Part shown: positions 31,906 to 41,541 of the stretch, piece after piece | Position numbering within the stretch: position 1 is the stretch's first letter | How the letters are laid out: every line of letters starts with the position of its first letter | Assembly: GCA_963664705.1 (NCBI GenBank) | Contig: OY761556.1 | Location: 2,080,001 to 2,144,000 of the forward strand | Origin: Acidobacteriota bacterium | GTDB taxonomy: Bacteria > Acidobacteriota > UBA6911 | Direction: 5' to 3' | DNA: 64,000 nucleotides | Notes under the pieces: generated by a model | What the model was told of the DNA's origin: nothing | Databases searched by the model: none | What the model saw: the letters and a program-made list of their open reading frames with translations, nothing else | Position numbers and translations under genes: made by a program

Positions 31906-32892
31906 TTAATTCTCTTCGGCTTTACTCACGCTAACATCGGCCGCATAGACTGTTTCCACAGTGCCGTCCGGCGTCTTGACCATCAGGGCGCCGATCTCAT
32001 TCAGCCCGCATGTTACGGCACTTCGCCGCTCCTCACCTTCCGTAATCCAGACGCGCGTATCCTTCCACATCGTGGAATGACCTTTCCATCTTTCCAGCAA
32101 TTCGACATGACGTCCCTGTTCGAAAATGAGGAAACCTTCCTGGAAATTCCTCAAAAAGGTTACGAGGACCTGCCGACGCGGCACCATAACGCCGGCCATA
32201 TCATCCAGGCAGGTGGCCACCGACTCCAACGGCTCAGGCACGCTGCCAGACCGGACGTTGATCCCCACGCCAACGACGGCCGCGCTCGATGCTCCCACCG
32301 TTGTTGCCTCCAGCAGTATGCCGGCGCATTTCCTGCCCGAAATCATGACGTCATTCGGCCACTTGAGATCGATGTCCAGGGAGTTCCGAAAAATGCCGAG
32401 GCCCTGAAGCTCTTTCAGAGTCTCCGCCAGTGCAAGCGAGGCCACGTGCGTTAGCAAAGGCCACAACTGCATTTCCGGAGTCGGACGGAGCACCACCGTA
32501 AAGAAGAGGCCTTTCCGGGCATTTGAAAACCAGGATCGGCCGTTTCTTCCCTTACCCGCCGTCTGTTCTTCGGTAATAACCAGCGTTCCGGAAGGCGCTC
32601 CCTTCCGCACCAGTTCGAGCGCTTCACTGTTTGTCGAATGCGTTCTGAAAAATCCGTTCACCCTTAAGAGCGGCCATGCGGTCGCCGGAGTTTCCTGCTC
32701 TATCCAGTAAGGGATCAGCTGATCCTGGTCAAATTCGAGCCGCACACGCCCGTCCGCAACTTTGAGCCGGATCCCCCATTCCCTGCACTGCTCCAGTTCG
32801 CGTTGGAACCACGGGGCAGCATTCAGGGGCAATCCGTTTTCACCTACGTGTCCAAGGTCAATAAGCAGAGAAGGAACTTTGAGAATTGGCAT
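31906..32892 (-). CDS. birA: Biotin--protein ligase
   Basis: STN, EEQTAGKGRNGRSW, KWPND, KCAGIL, GVGIN. Confidence 0.92.
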   Translation of the reverse strand: MPILKVPSLLIDLGHVGENGLPLNAAPWFQRELEQCREWGIRLKVADGRVRLEFDQDQLIPYWIEQETPATAWPLLRVNGFFRTHSTNSEALELVRKGAPSGTLVITEEQTAGKGRNGRSWFSNARKGLFFTVVLRPTPEMQLWPLLTHVASLALAETLKELQGLGIFRNSLDIDLKWPNDVMISGRKCAGILLEATTVGASSAAVVGVGINVRSGSVPEPLESVATCLDDMAGVMVPRRQVLVTFLRNFQEGFLIFEQGRHVELLERWKGHSTMWKDTRVWITEGEERRSAVTCGLNEIGALMVKTPDGTVETVYAADVSVSKAEEN

Positions 32893-32933
32893 AGTTGCTT
32901 GAATCCCTCAACCCATAATGGTGAGCCAGGAGC

Positions 32934-35609
32934 CTAATCAACCGGCAGCCTTGCCAGGTTTGACTCCAGTTTACGCTGTCGGTCCATCAGTTCATCATGA
33001 CGAGTACGATTTTCGGATACGATGGCTTCAGGCGCGCGTGCAACGAAATCGGCGTTATTCAGTTTATTCAAAATTCGCCCAATCTCTTCCGCAACTTTGC
33101 CGATCTCCTTCGTCATCCGCTCGCGCTCGGACGCGACGTTGATGGCATCATGTACATCCAGCCCGAACTCTCCGAGCCGGCTGACTCCCCGCAGCAAATT
33201 CCCTGCCGCTGCAGCCGAAAACTCAAACGCATTCAGCCGCGCCAGCGATCGAATCTTCGGCAGGTTGGCCTCAACCAGGGTTTTGTCGGTTTCTGAAGAG
33301 GTCACAAGCACTGCGTCCAGGGCCTTCTTGGGATCAATATTCATCTCCGCGCGCAGCGACCGTATGGCGCTGATAAGCTCCATTAAATCCTGCATTTTCT
33401 GCGAAGCATCGGCATTTTCCAGCGCTTTCCGGAACTGCGGGAATGCCTGCACCATGATAGACCCGCCGTCGTGGGGAAGCTTCTGCCAGATCTCCTCTGT
33501 AATGAATGGCATGAATGGATGCAGCATCCTCAGAGCGAAATCCATTGTGTGGAGCAGGACCTGAATGCGTGGATGCCGCTCGGCCTGCGGCAAAGACGGA
33601 TTGGTTAGAACAGGCTTGACCAGCTCGATATACCAGTCGCACAGCTCATGCCATATGAATTGATAAATCAGCGCGGAGGCTTCGTGGAATCTGAATTTGT
33701 CGAGCGCTTCCGAGATCTCCGCGGCAACCTGATTCAGCCGGTGCAGGATCCACTGGTCTTCAATCGGCATCGCTTCTCTATTCGATTGAACGAGCGCATC
33801 GATGATTTCCGGGGCGACGTAATCATCCTCGTCCCTCAAATTCATCATAATAAATCGCGCTGCATTCCAGACCTTGTTGGCAAAGGCGCTATAGCCCTTC
33901 ATCCGATCCGATGAAAATGGAATGTCGGTCCCCGGTACTGCCATGGACGAAAGAGTGAATCGAACCGCATCGGCTCCAAACTCATCGATCAGCTGAAGCG
34001 GCTCAATGATATTCCCCTTTGTCTTGCTCATCTTCTGCCGCGCCGCATCCCGCACGATTCCATTGATGTGAACCTGCTTGAAGGGGATGTCTTTTGCAAA
34101 CTTCAGCCCCATCATGATCATTCGTGCAACCCAGAAGAAGATAATATCCGGGCCGGTAATTAGAACATCCGTCGGGTAGAAAGTCCGGAGATCGGCGCTG
34201 TCTTCCGGCCATCCGAGTGTCGAGAACGGCCAGAGCGCTGAACTAAACCATGTGTCCAGGATATCCTCTTCCGCACGCAGCGGGCCGCCGCAACGGCTGC
34301 ATTGCGAGGGCGCGGTTCTCGCCACCATAATTTCCCCGCAGGCATCACAATACCAGGCCGGAATCCGATGCCCCCACCAGAGTTGTCGGGAAATGCACCA
34401 ATCGTGGATGTTGTACATCCAGTCGAAATAGCGATTTTTAAAGTTGTCCGGCACAAACTGAATACTGCTGTTTTCAACGGCTTCGATGGCAGGTTTTGCC
34501 AGGCTTTCTATCTTCAGATACCACTGCATCGAGACTTTCGGTTCCACGACGGTGGAACATCGATAACACTGCGCTACATTGTGGCTGTAGTCATCAATCT
34601 TCCACAAATAGCCTTCATGCTCCAGTTGCTGCACCAGCTTTTTGCGGCATTCAAAACGGTCCATTCCCTTGTATGGGCCTGCCGCTTCGGTCATCTTCGC
34701 ATCATCATCGATAACCGTTATCTTGGCTAATCCATGCCGCACACCCGCCGAATAGTCATTCGGATCATGCGCCGGAGTAACCTTGACCGCTCCCGTTCCG
34801 AACTCGCGATCGACAAAGGAATCCGCGATAATCGGAATCTCCCGGTTCATTACCGGCAGCAGCACTTTTTTCCCTACCAGATTTGTGTACCGTTCGTCGT
34901 CCGGATGAACCGCAACCGCGGTATCGCCCAGCATGGTTTCCGGTCGCGTTGTTGCCACGATGACATATTCGTCGGTGCCCACCACGGGATATCGGATGTG
35001 CCATAGTTTCCCGCTATTCGCAGGCGCATAGACCACTTCAAGATCGGAAATGGCCGTCTTGCAGCGTGGACACCAATTGACGATATATTCGCCGCGGTAA
35101 ATCAGCCCCTCTTCGTAAAGGCGGACAAAAACCTCGACCACAGCCCGCGAGAGCTGTTCATCCATCGTGAAACGCTCTCGACTCCAGTCACACGACACAC
35201 CCATGCGCCGCATCTGGTTCAGGATGGTCCCGCCGCTCGACTGCTTCCATTCCCAGGCGACTTTCATGAATTCGTCGCGCCCAAGATCGAAACGGCTTCG
35301 TTTCTCTTTCTCGAACCGCTTATCCAATACGTAATGCACCGCAATGCTTGCATGATCGGTCCCGGGCAGCCAGAGCGTGTTGAATCCGCTCATCCTCTTC
35401 CAGCGCACGAGTATGTCGTGCAACGTATGCTGCAAGGCATGCCCCATATGCAGGGAACCCGTAACATTCGGCGGCGGGATGACAATCGAAAACTTGGGTT
35501 TTGTAGATGCATTATCGGCCTGGAAGAATCCACTGTTTTCCCAGAAGCCATACCACTTCTGCTCGAATGTGCCCGGTTCATAGGATTTGGCAAGCTGTTC
35601 GCGAGACAT
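32934..35609 (-). CDS. valS: Valine--tRNA ligase
   Basis: PPPNVTGSLHMGH, DWCISRQLWWGHRIP, KMSKT, C-terminal coiled coil. Confidence 0.98.
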   Translation of the reverse strand: MSREQLAKSYEPGTFEQKWYGFWENSGFFQADNASTKPKFSIVIPPPNVTGSLHMGHALQHTLHDILVRWKRMSGFNTLWLPGTDHASIAVHYVLDKRFEKEKRSRFDLGRDEFMKVAWEWKQSSGGTILNQMRRMGVSCDWSRERFTMDEQLSRAVVEVFVRLYEEGLIYRGEYIVNWCPRCKTAISDLEVVYAPANSGKLWHIRYPVVGTDEYVIVATTRPETMLGDTAVAVHPDDERYTNLVGKKVLLPVMNREIPIIADSFVDREFGTGAVKVTPAHDPNDYSAGVRHGLAKITVIDDDAKMTEAAGPYKGMDRFECRKKLVQQLEHEGYLWKIDDYSHNVAQCYRCSTVVEPKVSMQWYLKIESLAKPAIEAVENSSIQFVPDNFKNRYFDWMYNIHDWCISRQLWWGHRIPAWYCDACGEIMVARTAPSQCSRCGGPLRAEEDILDTWFSSALWPFSTLGWPEDSADLRTFYPTDVLITGPDIIFFWVARMIMMGLKFAKDIPFKQVHINGIVRDAARQKMSKTKGNIIEPLQLIDEFGADAVRFTLSSMAVPGTDIPFSSDRMKGYSAFANKVWNAARFIMMNLRDEDDYVAPEIIDALVQSNREAMPIEDQWILHRLNQVAAEISEALDKFRFHEASALIYQFIWHELCDWYIELVKPVLTNPSLPQAERHPRIQVLLHTMDFALRMLHPFMPFITEEIWQKLPHDGGSIMVQAFPQFRKALENADASQKMQDLMELISAIRSLRAEMNIDPKKALDAVLVTSSETDKTLVEANLPKIRSLARLNAFEFSAAAAGNLLRGVSRLGEFGLDVHDAINVASERERMTKEIGKVAEEIGRILNKLNNADFVARAPEAIVSENRTRHDELMDRQRKLESNLARLPVD

Positions 35610-35748
35610 TTCGGATACCTCTTCAAATGGTTAAAAACTGGAGCGAGACAAAAGTTTGAATTTTATTCGAATCTTGAGGTTTAGTCTAGCGAATCACCAC
35701 GGGGAGTACACGGGCTTCTTGCCGCGGCTGGAAATTATCAATCGGCAA

Positions 35749-35910
35749 CGGGAGGCACCGCCGTCCCGGCATCAGCCTCGTGGAAGCGGACATGCTCTTG
35801 GCAGGGGTGAAGCGCACCAACCTCCGACTGGATTAGGAGCCCTGAGGGGGCGAAAGATCGGCAATTGCAAAAAAGTAAATGGCAGTAGGCGAGACGCCGG
35901 CGCTCCCGGT
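35749..35910. repeat. REP/REPIN-like doublet, copy A
   Basis: Left arm cgggaggcaccgccgtcccggcatc (35749-35773) and right arm ggcgagacgccggcgctcccggt (35888-35910) match the element at 62199-62280 in inverted orientation. Confidence 0.65.
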
Positions 35911-35918
35911 GGTCTCGC

Positions 35919-36629
35919 TTATTGCTGATCCTTCATCGTATCGCGGATTATTGCTTCCGATAACTCAGGAACAACCTCCCAGGCCACGTCGCGAATTACC
36001 TCCGGAGACATTTTGCGGACAACCCTGTCGACAATATCGTTCAGGGTTTCCTCGGAAATGGCCGGTGCTGCCACAGCTTGCGGCTGCGGCTCAGGCTTGG
36101 TGATAGTTTGCACGGAAGCGCCGGCAGATCTGACTTCGGGACTGAATATATCCAGAACTCTCTTTTCGCCAAGAAAGGACTGGATGGCTGCCTGGCTTAC
36201 CATTCCTTTGCCGGCAATCGCCGGGGCAGAAATGGCGCTATTCGGGTTTGTGTAGCCCACCAACTGGTGAACGGTCTGGATGAGCTCCTCGGTATCAAAG
36301 GGCTTCGTGAGATGCCCATCGCACCGCACCCTAGAGGCTTCCTCATCATCAAATGGTTCAAACGTTCCGACCAGCAGGACAACGGGTATTTTCTTAAACT
36401 CCGGATCTTCCTTGATGCGGGCGCAGAGTTCATAGCCGCTGCATCCCGGCATGAACACATCGGCCAAAACGATGTCCGGTTTGAATCGCCGAAGCGCTTC
36501 AAACGCAGATTCCCCATCAGAAACCGCCTCAATCGCGGCATCCTCTCCGCAAAAAGCGAGGCTGACAATTTTTTGGATTGTTATACTGTCATCCGCGATA
36601 AAGACTTTTAAGGTCATTGGGGGGCTCAC
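35919..36629 (-). CDS. RomR-like response regulator (receiver plus conserved C-terminal helical motif)
   Basis: FIADDS, LADVFMP, TKPF receiver; C-terminus VIRDVAWEVVPELSEAIIRD; directly upstream of valS. Alternative start 36617. Confidence 0.8.
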   Translation of the reverse strand: MSPPMTLKVFIADDSITIQKIVSLAFCGEDAAIEAVSDGESAFEALRRFKPDIVLADVFMPGCSGYELCARIKEDPEFKKIPVVLLVGTFEPFDDEEASRVRCDGHLTKPFDTEELIQTVHQLVGYTNPNSAISAPAIAGKGMVSQAAIQSFLGEKRVLDIFSPEVRSAGASVQTITKPEPQPQAVAAPAISEETLNDIVDRVVRKMSPEVIRDVAWEVVPELSEAIIRDTMKDQQ

Positions 36630-37768
36630 GAAGGTTTTTTGACGTTTTTCTTTCTGGTTTTGGTCGGCTCTTTTTTCTTTTCCTCGGCGTTCTGCTGAGG
36701 CGGCGCGGGAACCGGGCCCACAACCGTGGTATCCTGAGTCTCGCCGGTGGCGCTCTTTTTGATCGTCACCTGAATCTCAGTGCCGGACTGCCCTTCACCC
36801 GTTTTGCCTGCGGCAGTGGCTTCTGCCGTCTTCGACTCTTCTACCGTCCGCTTGGCCTGCTCATAGACATCGGGGGGAGCTACAATGCCGAGTGCCTTCC
36901 CGAATTCGATAAACGGCTTCAGGGGCGAAAAACTTTCAGGCGGCTTGATCCGTGCCTGATTCATGGCCGCAACTGTTATATCGACAGAAGGAACGGGTTT
37001 GCCCAGTGAATTCAGCTTCGCCTTTGCCTCATCGGCATGCCGGCTGAAGGGGTATGCGCTCACAATCTTGGAATAATTGATCGCCGCTTCATCCGGATTG
37101 TTGGCTTTTTCCTGAATGCCTGCCAGGTTGAAAAGGACCTCGTCCATTTTGGAATAATGATCGTATTTGTCCTTCACCTCCTGATAGCGCAAACGAGCTC
37201 CGGCGAGGTTGGCCTTCCCTTCATAAAACTGCCCGACCATCATATCCGCGGTTGCCAGGCTTTCCTGAACCTCGAGCTTATACTGATTCACGATTGGGAT
37301 ATAGTCGCTCTCTGGAAACTGGGTTTGGAATTTATTGATGTTTTCGAGCGTTTTGTACGAGTACTGCTGATCCCGATCCGGAGAACGCATCATGCGATAA
37401 TTCAGAGCGATGACCTTCAGAGCCGCATCCGGCGCTTTGGGATGCGTAGGGAAAAAGATGATGAAGTTCTTGTAGGAGTCCTCCGCCTGCAGCAGATTCT
37501 CGGTTCCGCCTTCGTCGTAGTAGGAATCCCCAATAGCCAGCACGGCATCCGGCGCCACATCACTGTCGGGGTACGTGTTCATCAGTGTCTGGAAAGCCAG
37601 GCGCGCCTTGATGTACTGACTCTTCTTCAAATAATCCGACCCGGTTTCGAAAAGGGTCTTGTCCGGGGGGACGACGCTCTTCTGCAACTTGGCTGTTTTC
37701 TGGACGCAGCCCCCTGAATAAAGCAGGATAGCGCTTAGAATAACAGTACGTATCGTGGGTCTCATCAC
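36626..37768 (-). CDS. bamD: Outer membrane protein assembly factor BamD
   Basis: Lipobox-like SGGC, TPR helices, FPTHPKA, PDRDQ, FPESDY. Confidence 0.88.
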   Translation of the reverse strand: MMRPTIRTVILSAILLYSGGCVQKTAKLQKSVVPPDKTLFETGSDYLKKSQYIKARLAFQTLMNTYPDSDVAPDAVLAIGDSYYDEGGTENLLQAEDSYKNFIIFFPTHPKAPDAALKVIALNYRMMRSPDRDQQYSYKTLENINKFQTQFPESDYIPIVNQYKLEVQESLATADMMVGQFYEGKANLAGARLRYQEVKDKYDHYSKMDEVLFNLAGIQEKANNPDEAAINYSKIVSAYPFSRHADEAKAKLNSLGKPVPSVDITVAAMNQARIKPPESFSPLKPFIEFGKALGIVAPPDVYEQAKRTVEESKTAEATAAGKTGEGQSGTEIQVTIKKSATGETQDTTVVGPVPAPPQQNAEEKKKEPTKTRKKNVKKPS

Positions 37769-37812
37769 CTAAATTGCCTCCAAATTCAAGGACGCCAGGC
37801 GGATAGAATGGG

Positions 37813-38499
37813 CTAACCCAGACTTCCGGAATACTGCGCGGCAATCCTCTTCATGTCTTGTACCGCCTCGGAAGCACCCCTCTCAGAGCTGAAGACGGCA
37901 GATCCAGCAACGATGATCTCAGCTCCGGCAGCGAGAACATCCTGTAGATTACCCGGACCTATTCCCCCATCCACCTCAATCCGGGTCGAATACCCATTGG
38001 ATACGATAATCTCTCGCAGCTGTCTCACTTTTTTTAACGTATAGGGGATAAATTTCTGACCGCCGAATCCGGGATTCACAGTCATGATGAGAACAAAGTC
38101 GGCGATGGGAAGCACTTGTTCCAGTGAACTCAAGGCGGTTCCGGGATTAATCGCTACCCCGGCCCGAACTCCATTTGCCTTCAGATACTGCAGAGAACGA
38201 TCCAGATGCGTATCTGCCTCGACATGCACAGATAACCAGTTCACCCCGGCCTGGATAAACGAGTCCAGGTACCGATCAGGCGTTTCGATCATGAGATGGG
38301 CATCTAATGGAAGTCCAGTAATTTTGCGAATCGAACCGACAACGGGAGGACCTATCGTGATATTCGGAACAAAATGGCCGTCCATCACGTCCAGGTGAAT
38401 GACGTCAGCTCCACCCTGTTCCGCTTTTTCAATCTCATGAGCCAGCTGGGCAAAATCCGCCGACAGGATGGATGGGGCAATTTCTATTTTCGGTCTCAA
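37813..38499 (-). CDS. rpe: Ribulose-phosphate 3-epimerase
   Basis: APSILSADF, HLDVMDGHFVPNIT, MTVNPGFGGQ, VDGG. Confidence 0.97.
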   Translation of the reverse strand: MRPKIEIAPSILSADFAQLAHEIEKAEQGGADVIHLDVMDGHFVPNITIGPPVVGSIRKITGLPLDAHLMIETPDRYLDSFIQAGVNWLSVHVEADTHLDRSLQYLKANGVRAGVAINPGTALSSLEQVLPIADFVLIMTVNPGFGGQKFIPYTLKKVRQLREIIVSNGYSTRIEVDGGIGPGNLQDVLAAGAEIIVAGSAVFSSERGASEAVQDMKRIAAQYSGSLG

Positions 38500-38637
38500 T
38501 TTGCAATACCACCTTTAGGCGCTGCGCGCGCGTCGGTGAAGAGTAGCACACCCCCAGAAGCCAATCAAGCCGATTGCCTCCTAACAGCTTGCAGCGTCAA
38601 GAGTTTCCAGACACTTCAGAGTGCGGCTTCCTGCGAC

Positions 38638-39924
38638 TTATTTGGTGCGAACCAGCAGCGCCGCAAAAAAGCCATCCCAAAGCCTTGCCGTCGGAAAAGT
38701 CCTTACCATTCCGTCTTCACCAATCCAATTCTCTATTCCACCAGGTGAAACCGGGCGCTCGAGGCTGAACTCCGGATGCGCCTTCAAAAAGGCTTCCACT
38801 ACCTGCTCATTCTCCTCCGGCTCGGTTGAACAGGTCGAATACAACAGCCTTCCGCCAATGCGCACTTGGGACGAAACCGCCTCCAGGATCTGACTTTGCG
38901 ATTGGCACAGGAGAGGAAAATTCCTTTCCGGTTCAAAACTCCACTTTATTTCCGGGTTTCTTCTCAAAGTTCCCAGGCCGGAACACGGGACATCGGCCAG
39001 AACCGCGTCATAGGCATGCCGGAATGGAGCCGGCTTGGATGCGTCGGCCACCAAAACCAACCGACTGCCGGTCTCTCCCTGGCATCTGAGATCGCCCAGT
39101 CGCCGAGCTCGATCCAGGCGCAAATCGCTGGCCACCACCGTCCCCGAAACTCCGCACAGAAAGCTCAGCACGGCACTCTTACCGCCCGGCGCCGCACACG
39201 CATCCCAGACACGCCATCCCTCGATGTCACCCAATAAATAGGGAATCAGCTGGGATCCCTCGTCCTGGTATTGAACGCCTGGATCCTGTTCAGAGGAAGC
39301 CGACGTACGGATAGCCGCCCCCGGAACGGTATCCGAGCGGACCGCTTCAAACGGCAGCGATTCTATCTGATTTCCGTCGAGGCGAAAAGCAGCCTGCGGC
39401 GGCCGATTCAGCGACTGAGCAAACTCCATGGCCATCGCTTCGCCAAATCGGCTTTGCCATCGATCCCACAGCCATTGAGGGAGCGATGCCCGAATCCAGG
39501 CAGGAGCCTGCTGGAGAAAACCCTTTCGTGTCCACGGTCGCGTGCGCGAAAAATGCCGCAGGATGCCATTTAAATACCGGTCAATTCCCCGCCCGACTTC
39601 CCTCTTGGCAATTTCGACCGCATCATTGACCAGGGCATGATCGGGGATCCGATCCATCTGCCACATCTGGTAGAGACTCATTCTCAGCAATGTCCGGGCA
39701 CGTGGGTCGACATCCTGCAAAGGTCTGGACGAGGCTCCCGCCAGCAAAAAATCGAGCGTCCCCTGCCAGCGTAGCGTCCCGTAAACAATTTCGGTGGTAA
39801 GATGCCGGTCCCGGACATCCAGCTCGCCCATGGCGTCGGAATTCAGGGCATCATCGCTAAACACACGTTCGGCCGCGATTTTTCGAAGCAGCCTATAGGA
39901 TAGTTTTCTCGCCGGAGATATCAT
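38638..39924 (-). CDS. rsmB: 16S rRNA m5C967 methyltransferase
   Basis: NusB-like N-terminus, DACAAPGGKS, DVPCSGLG, YSTCS. Confidence 0.93.
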   Translation of the reverse strand: MISPARKLSYRLLRKIAAERVFSDDALNSDAMGELDVRDRHLTTEIVYGTLRWQGTLDFLLAGASSRPLQDVDPRARTLLRMSLYQMWQMDRIPDHALVNDAVEIAKREVGRGIDRYLNGILRHFSRTRPWTRKGFLQQAPAWIRASLPQWLWDRWQSRFGEAMAMEFAQSLNRPPQAAFRLDGNQIESLPFEAVRSDTVPGAAIRTSASSEQDPGVQYQDEGSQLIPYLLGDIEGWRVWDACAAPGGKSAVLSFLCGVSGTVVASDLRLDRARRLGDLRCQGETGSRLVLVADASKPAPFRHAYDAVLADVPCSGLGTLRRNPEIKWSFEPERNFPLLCQSQSQILEAVSSQVRIGGRLLYSTCSTEPEENEQVVEAFLKAHPEFSLERPVSPGGIENWIGEDGMVRTFPTARLWDGFFAALLVRTK

Positions 39925-39995
39925 TCAATCATTCACAAGCGTGGAATTCGGGTAATTGAAGCACTAGCGCTGTCGGTCGCCAGAGTTTGACTGGA

Positions 39996-40928
39996 TCAGG
40001 CGATCCTGTCGCCGATATGAAGGCGCGCCCCATTGGCAAACTGCCTTCCTGTAATATGCGCCTTCCCGGGCATCTGCACCTCGTGCAGCCCGAGGACCGT
40101 TCGGTCTCCGCACTGAACCAGCATCGCGTCCCCCGCAAAACCCAGCAGTTTCCCGGGAACATCGTTGGAACGGGCCTCCTGGAGATCGCTTCTCCAGATA
40201 TGCAGTCGCACTCCGCGAAACTCACAGTAAGCCGCTGGCCATGGGTTCAGACCGCGAATCTGGTTGTGGATCTCCTGGGCCGGCCTTTCCAGCGATATCC
40301 TGGCAATCTCCTTGGTAATGCGAGGAGCCCAGGTCACCAGACCTTCCTCCTGCTCCACGGGCACCAATTCCTTCCGCTGCAATTTCGCTAGGGTTTGGAT
40401 CAGCAGATTGGCACCCATCTCCGATAAAGCACTCGATAGCTCTCCGGCGGTCATCTGGGGCGGCAACGGAAACGATTGCTGCATAAGGATCGGGCCCGCA
40501 TCCAGCTTTTCACGCATGATCATGGTTGAAACGCCTGTCTCCGTCTCCCCCTTCAGAATCGCCCACGGCATGGGCGCGGCGCCACGGTAATACGGAAGGA
40601 GCGAGGCATGGATATTGATCGGTGCTATGCGTGCCGACTCAAGAAGCCAACCCGGAAGAATCTGCCCATAGGCAACTACCACGAGAAAATCAGGCTGCAG
40701 TCTTTCAAAAATAGCCCGGTTTTCGTCCAGCCTTATCTTCTCCGGCTGAAAAACCGGGATTCCTCGCACCAGCGCGAGGGTTTTTATCGGACTCGGATGC
40801 AGCTTGTGCCCTCTGCCTGAAGGTCGGTCCGGCTGCGTAAAGACCGCGCCGACCTCGTAGGAGTTATCCAGCAGTTGCCGCAGCGCCGGGACAGCAAACT
40901 CAGGTGTGCCTAAAAAGACAACGCGCAT
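39996..40928 (-). CDS. fmt: Methionyl-tRNA formyltransferase
   Basis: FLGTPEFA, TQPDRP, NIHASLLP, LDAGP. Confidence 0.96.
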   Translation of the reverse strand: MRVVFLGTPEFAVPALRQLLDNSYEVGAVFTQPDRPSGRGHKLHPSPIKTLALVRGIPVFQPEKIRLDENRAIFERLQPDFLVVVAYGQILPGWLLESARIAPINIHASLLPYYRGAAPMPWAILKGETETGVSTMIMREKLDAGPILMQQSFPLPPQMTAGELSSALSEMGANLLIQTLAKLQRKELVPVEQEEGLVTWAPRITKEIARISLERPAQEIHNQIRGLNPWPAAYCEFRGVRLHIWRSDLQEARSNDVPGKLLGFAGDAMLVQCGDRTVLGLHEVQMPGKAHITGRQFANGARLHIGDRIA

Positions 40929-40931
40929 TGT

Positions 40932-41441
40932 CTACCAATCACCGGCTTTTGCCAGCTTTTTGATTTTGTTTCGGATCAGTGTTCTTTTTAACGGACTCAA
41001 ACGGTCTACAAAGAGGATGCCATCCAGGTGATCGATCTCATGGCAGAAGCAGCGCGCCAGCAGGCCATCGCCCGTATATTGCACTTCTTCTCCCTTCAGA
41101 TTGACAGCCCGGATTGTGAGCTTTTGCGGTCGGACGACGGTATCGCTGAAATCGGGAATGCTGAGACAACCCTCATCATTTTTCTGCTCGCCTTCGCTCG
41201 AGACGATCTCAGGATTACAAATCACCATCAGCTGAGCCGGATCCTCTCCAACGGACAGGTCTATGGTCACCAGCCGAATATTCACGCCAACCTGGGGCGC
41301 AGCAAGTCCTATCCCCGGCGAACTGTACATGGTTTCGATCATGTTCTGCGCGAGCTTTTCCAGTTCTTCGTCAAAAACATCCACCGGCTTGCTGACTTTT
41401 CTGAGTTCCGGGGATCCGTATTTCAATATCGGTAGTATCAT
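40932..41441 (-). CDS. def: Peptide deformylase
   Basis: GIGLAAPQ, EGCLS, HEIDHLDG. Confidence 0.97.
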   Translation of the reverse strand: MILPILKYGSPELRKVSKPVDVFDEELEKLAQNMIETMYSSPGIGLAAPQVGVNIRLVTIDLSVGEDPAQLMVICNPEIVSSEGEQKNDEGCLSIPDFSDTVVRPQKLTIRAVNLKGEEVQYTGDGLLARCFCHEIDHLDGILFVDRLSPLKRTLIRNKIKKLAKAGDW

Positions 41442-41541
41442 AAACAATTAATTTTAATGGACATACCACCGGGTGTAAAGAGACAACACCTTGAAAATCG
41501 GCATTCAGGTTCGCCAAACGCCTCGGCAGCCTCCGCCTTCG

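Noticed and set aside
35610-35918. T-box leader upstream of valS
   Set aside because: No GGTGG.ACC.CG T-box motif or terminator seen; the region is explained by REP-like repeats.
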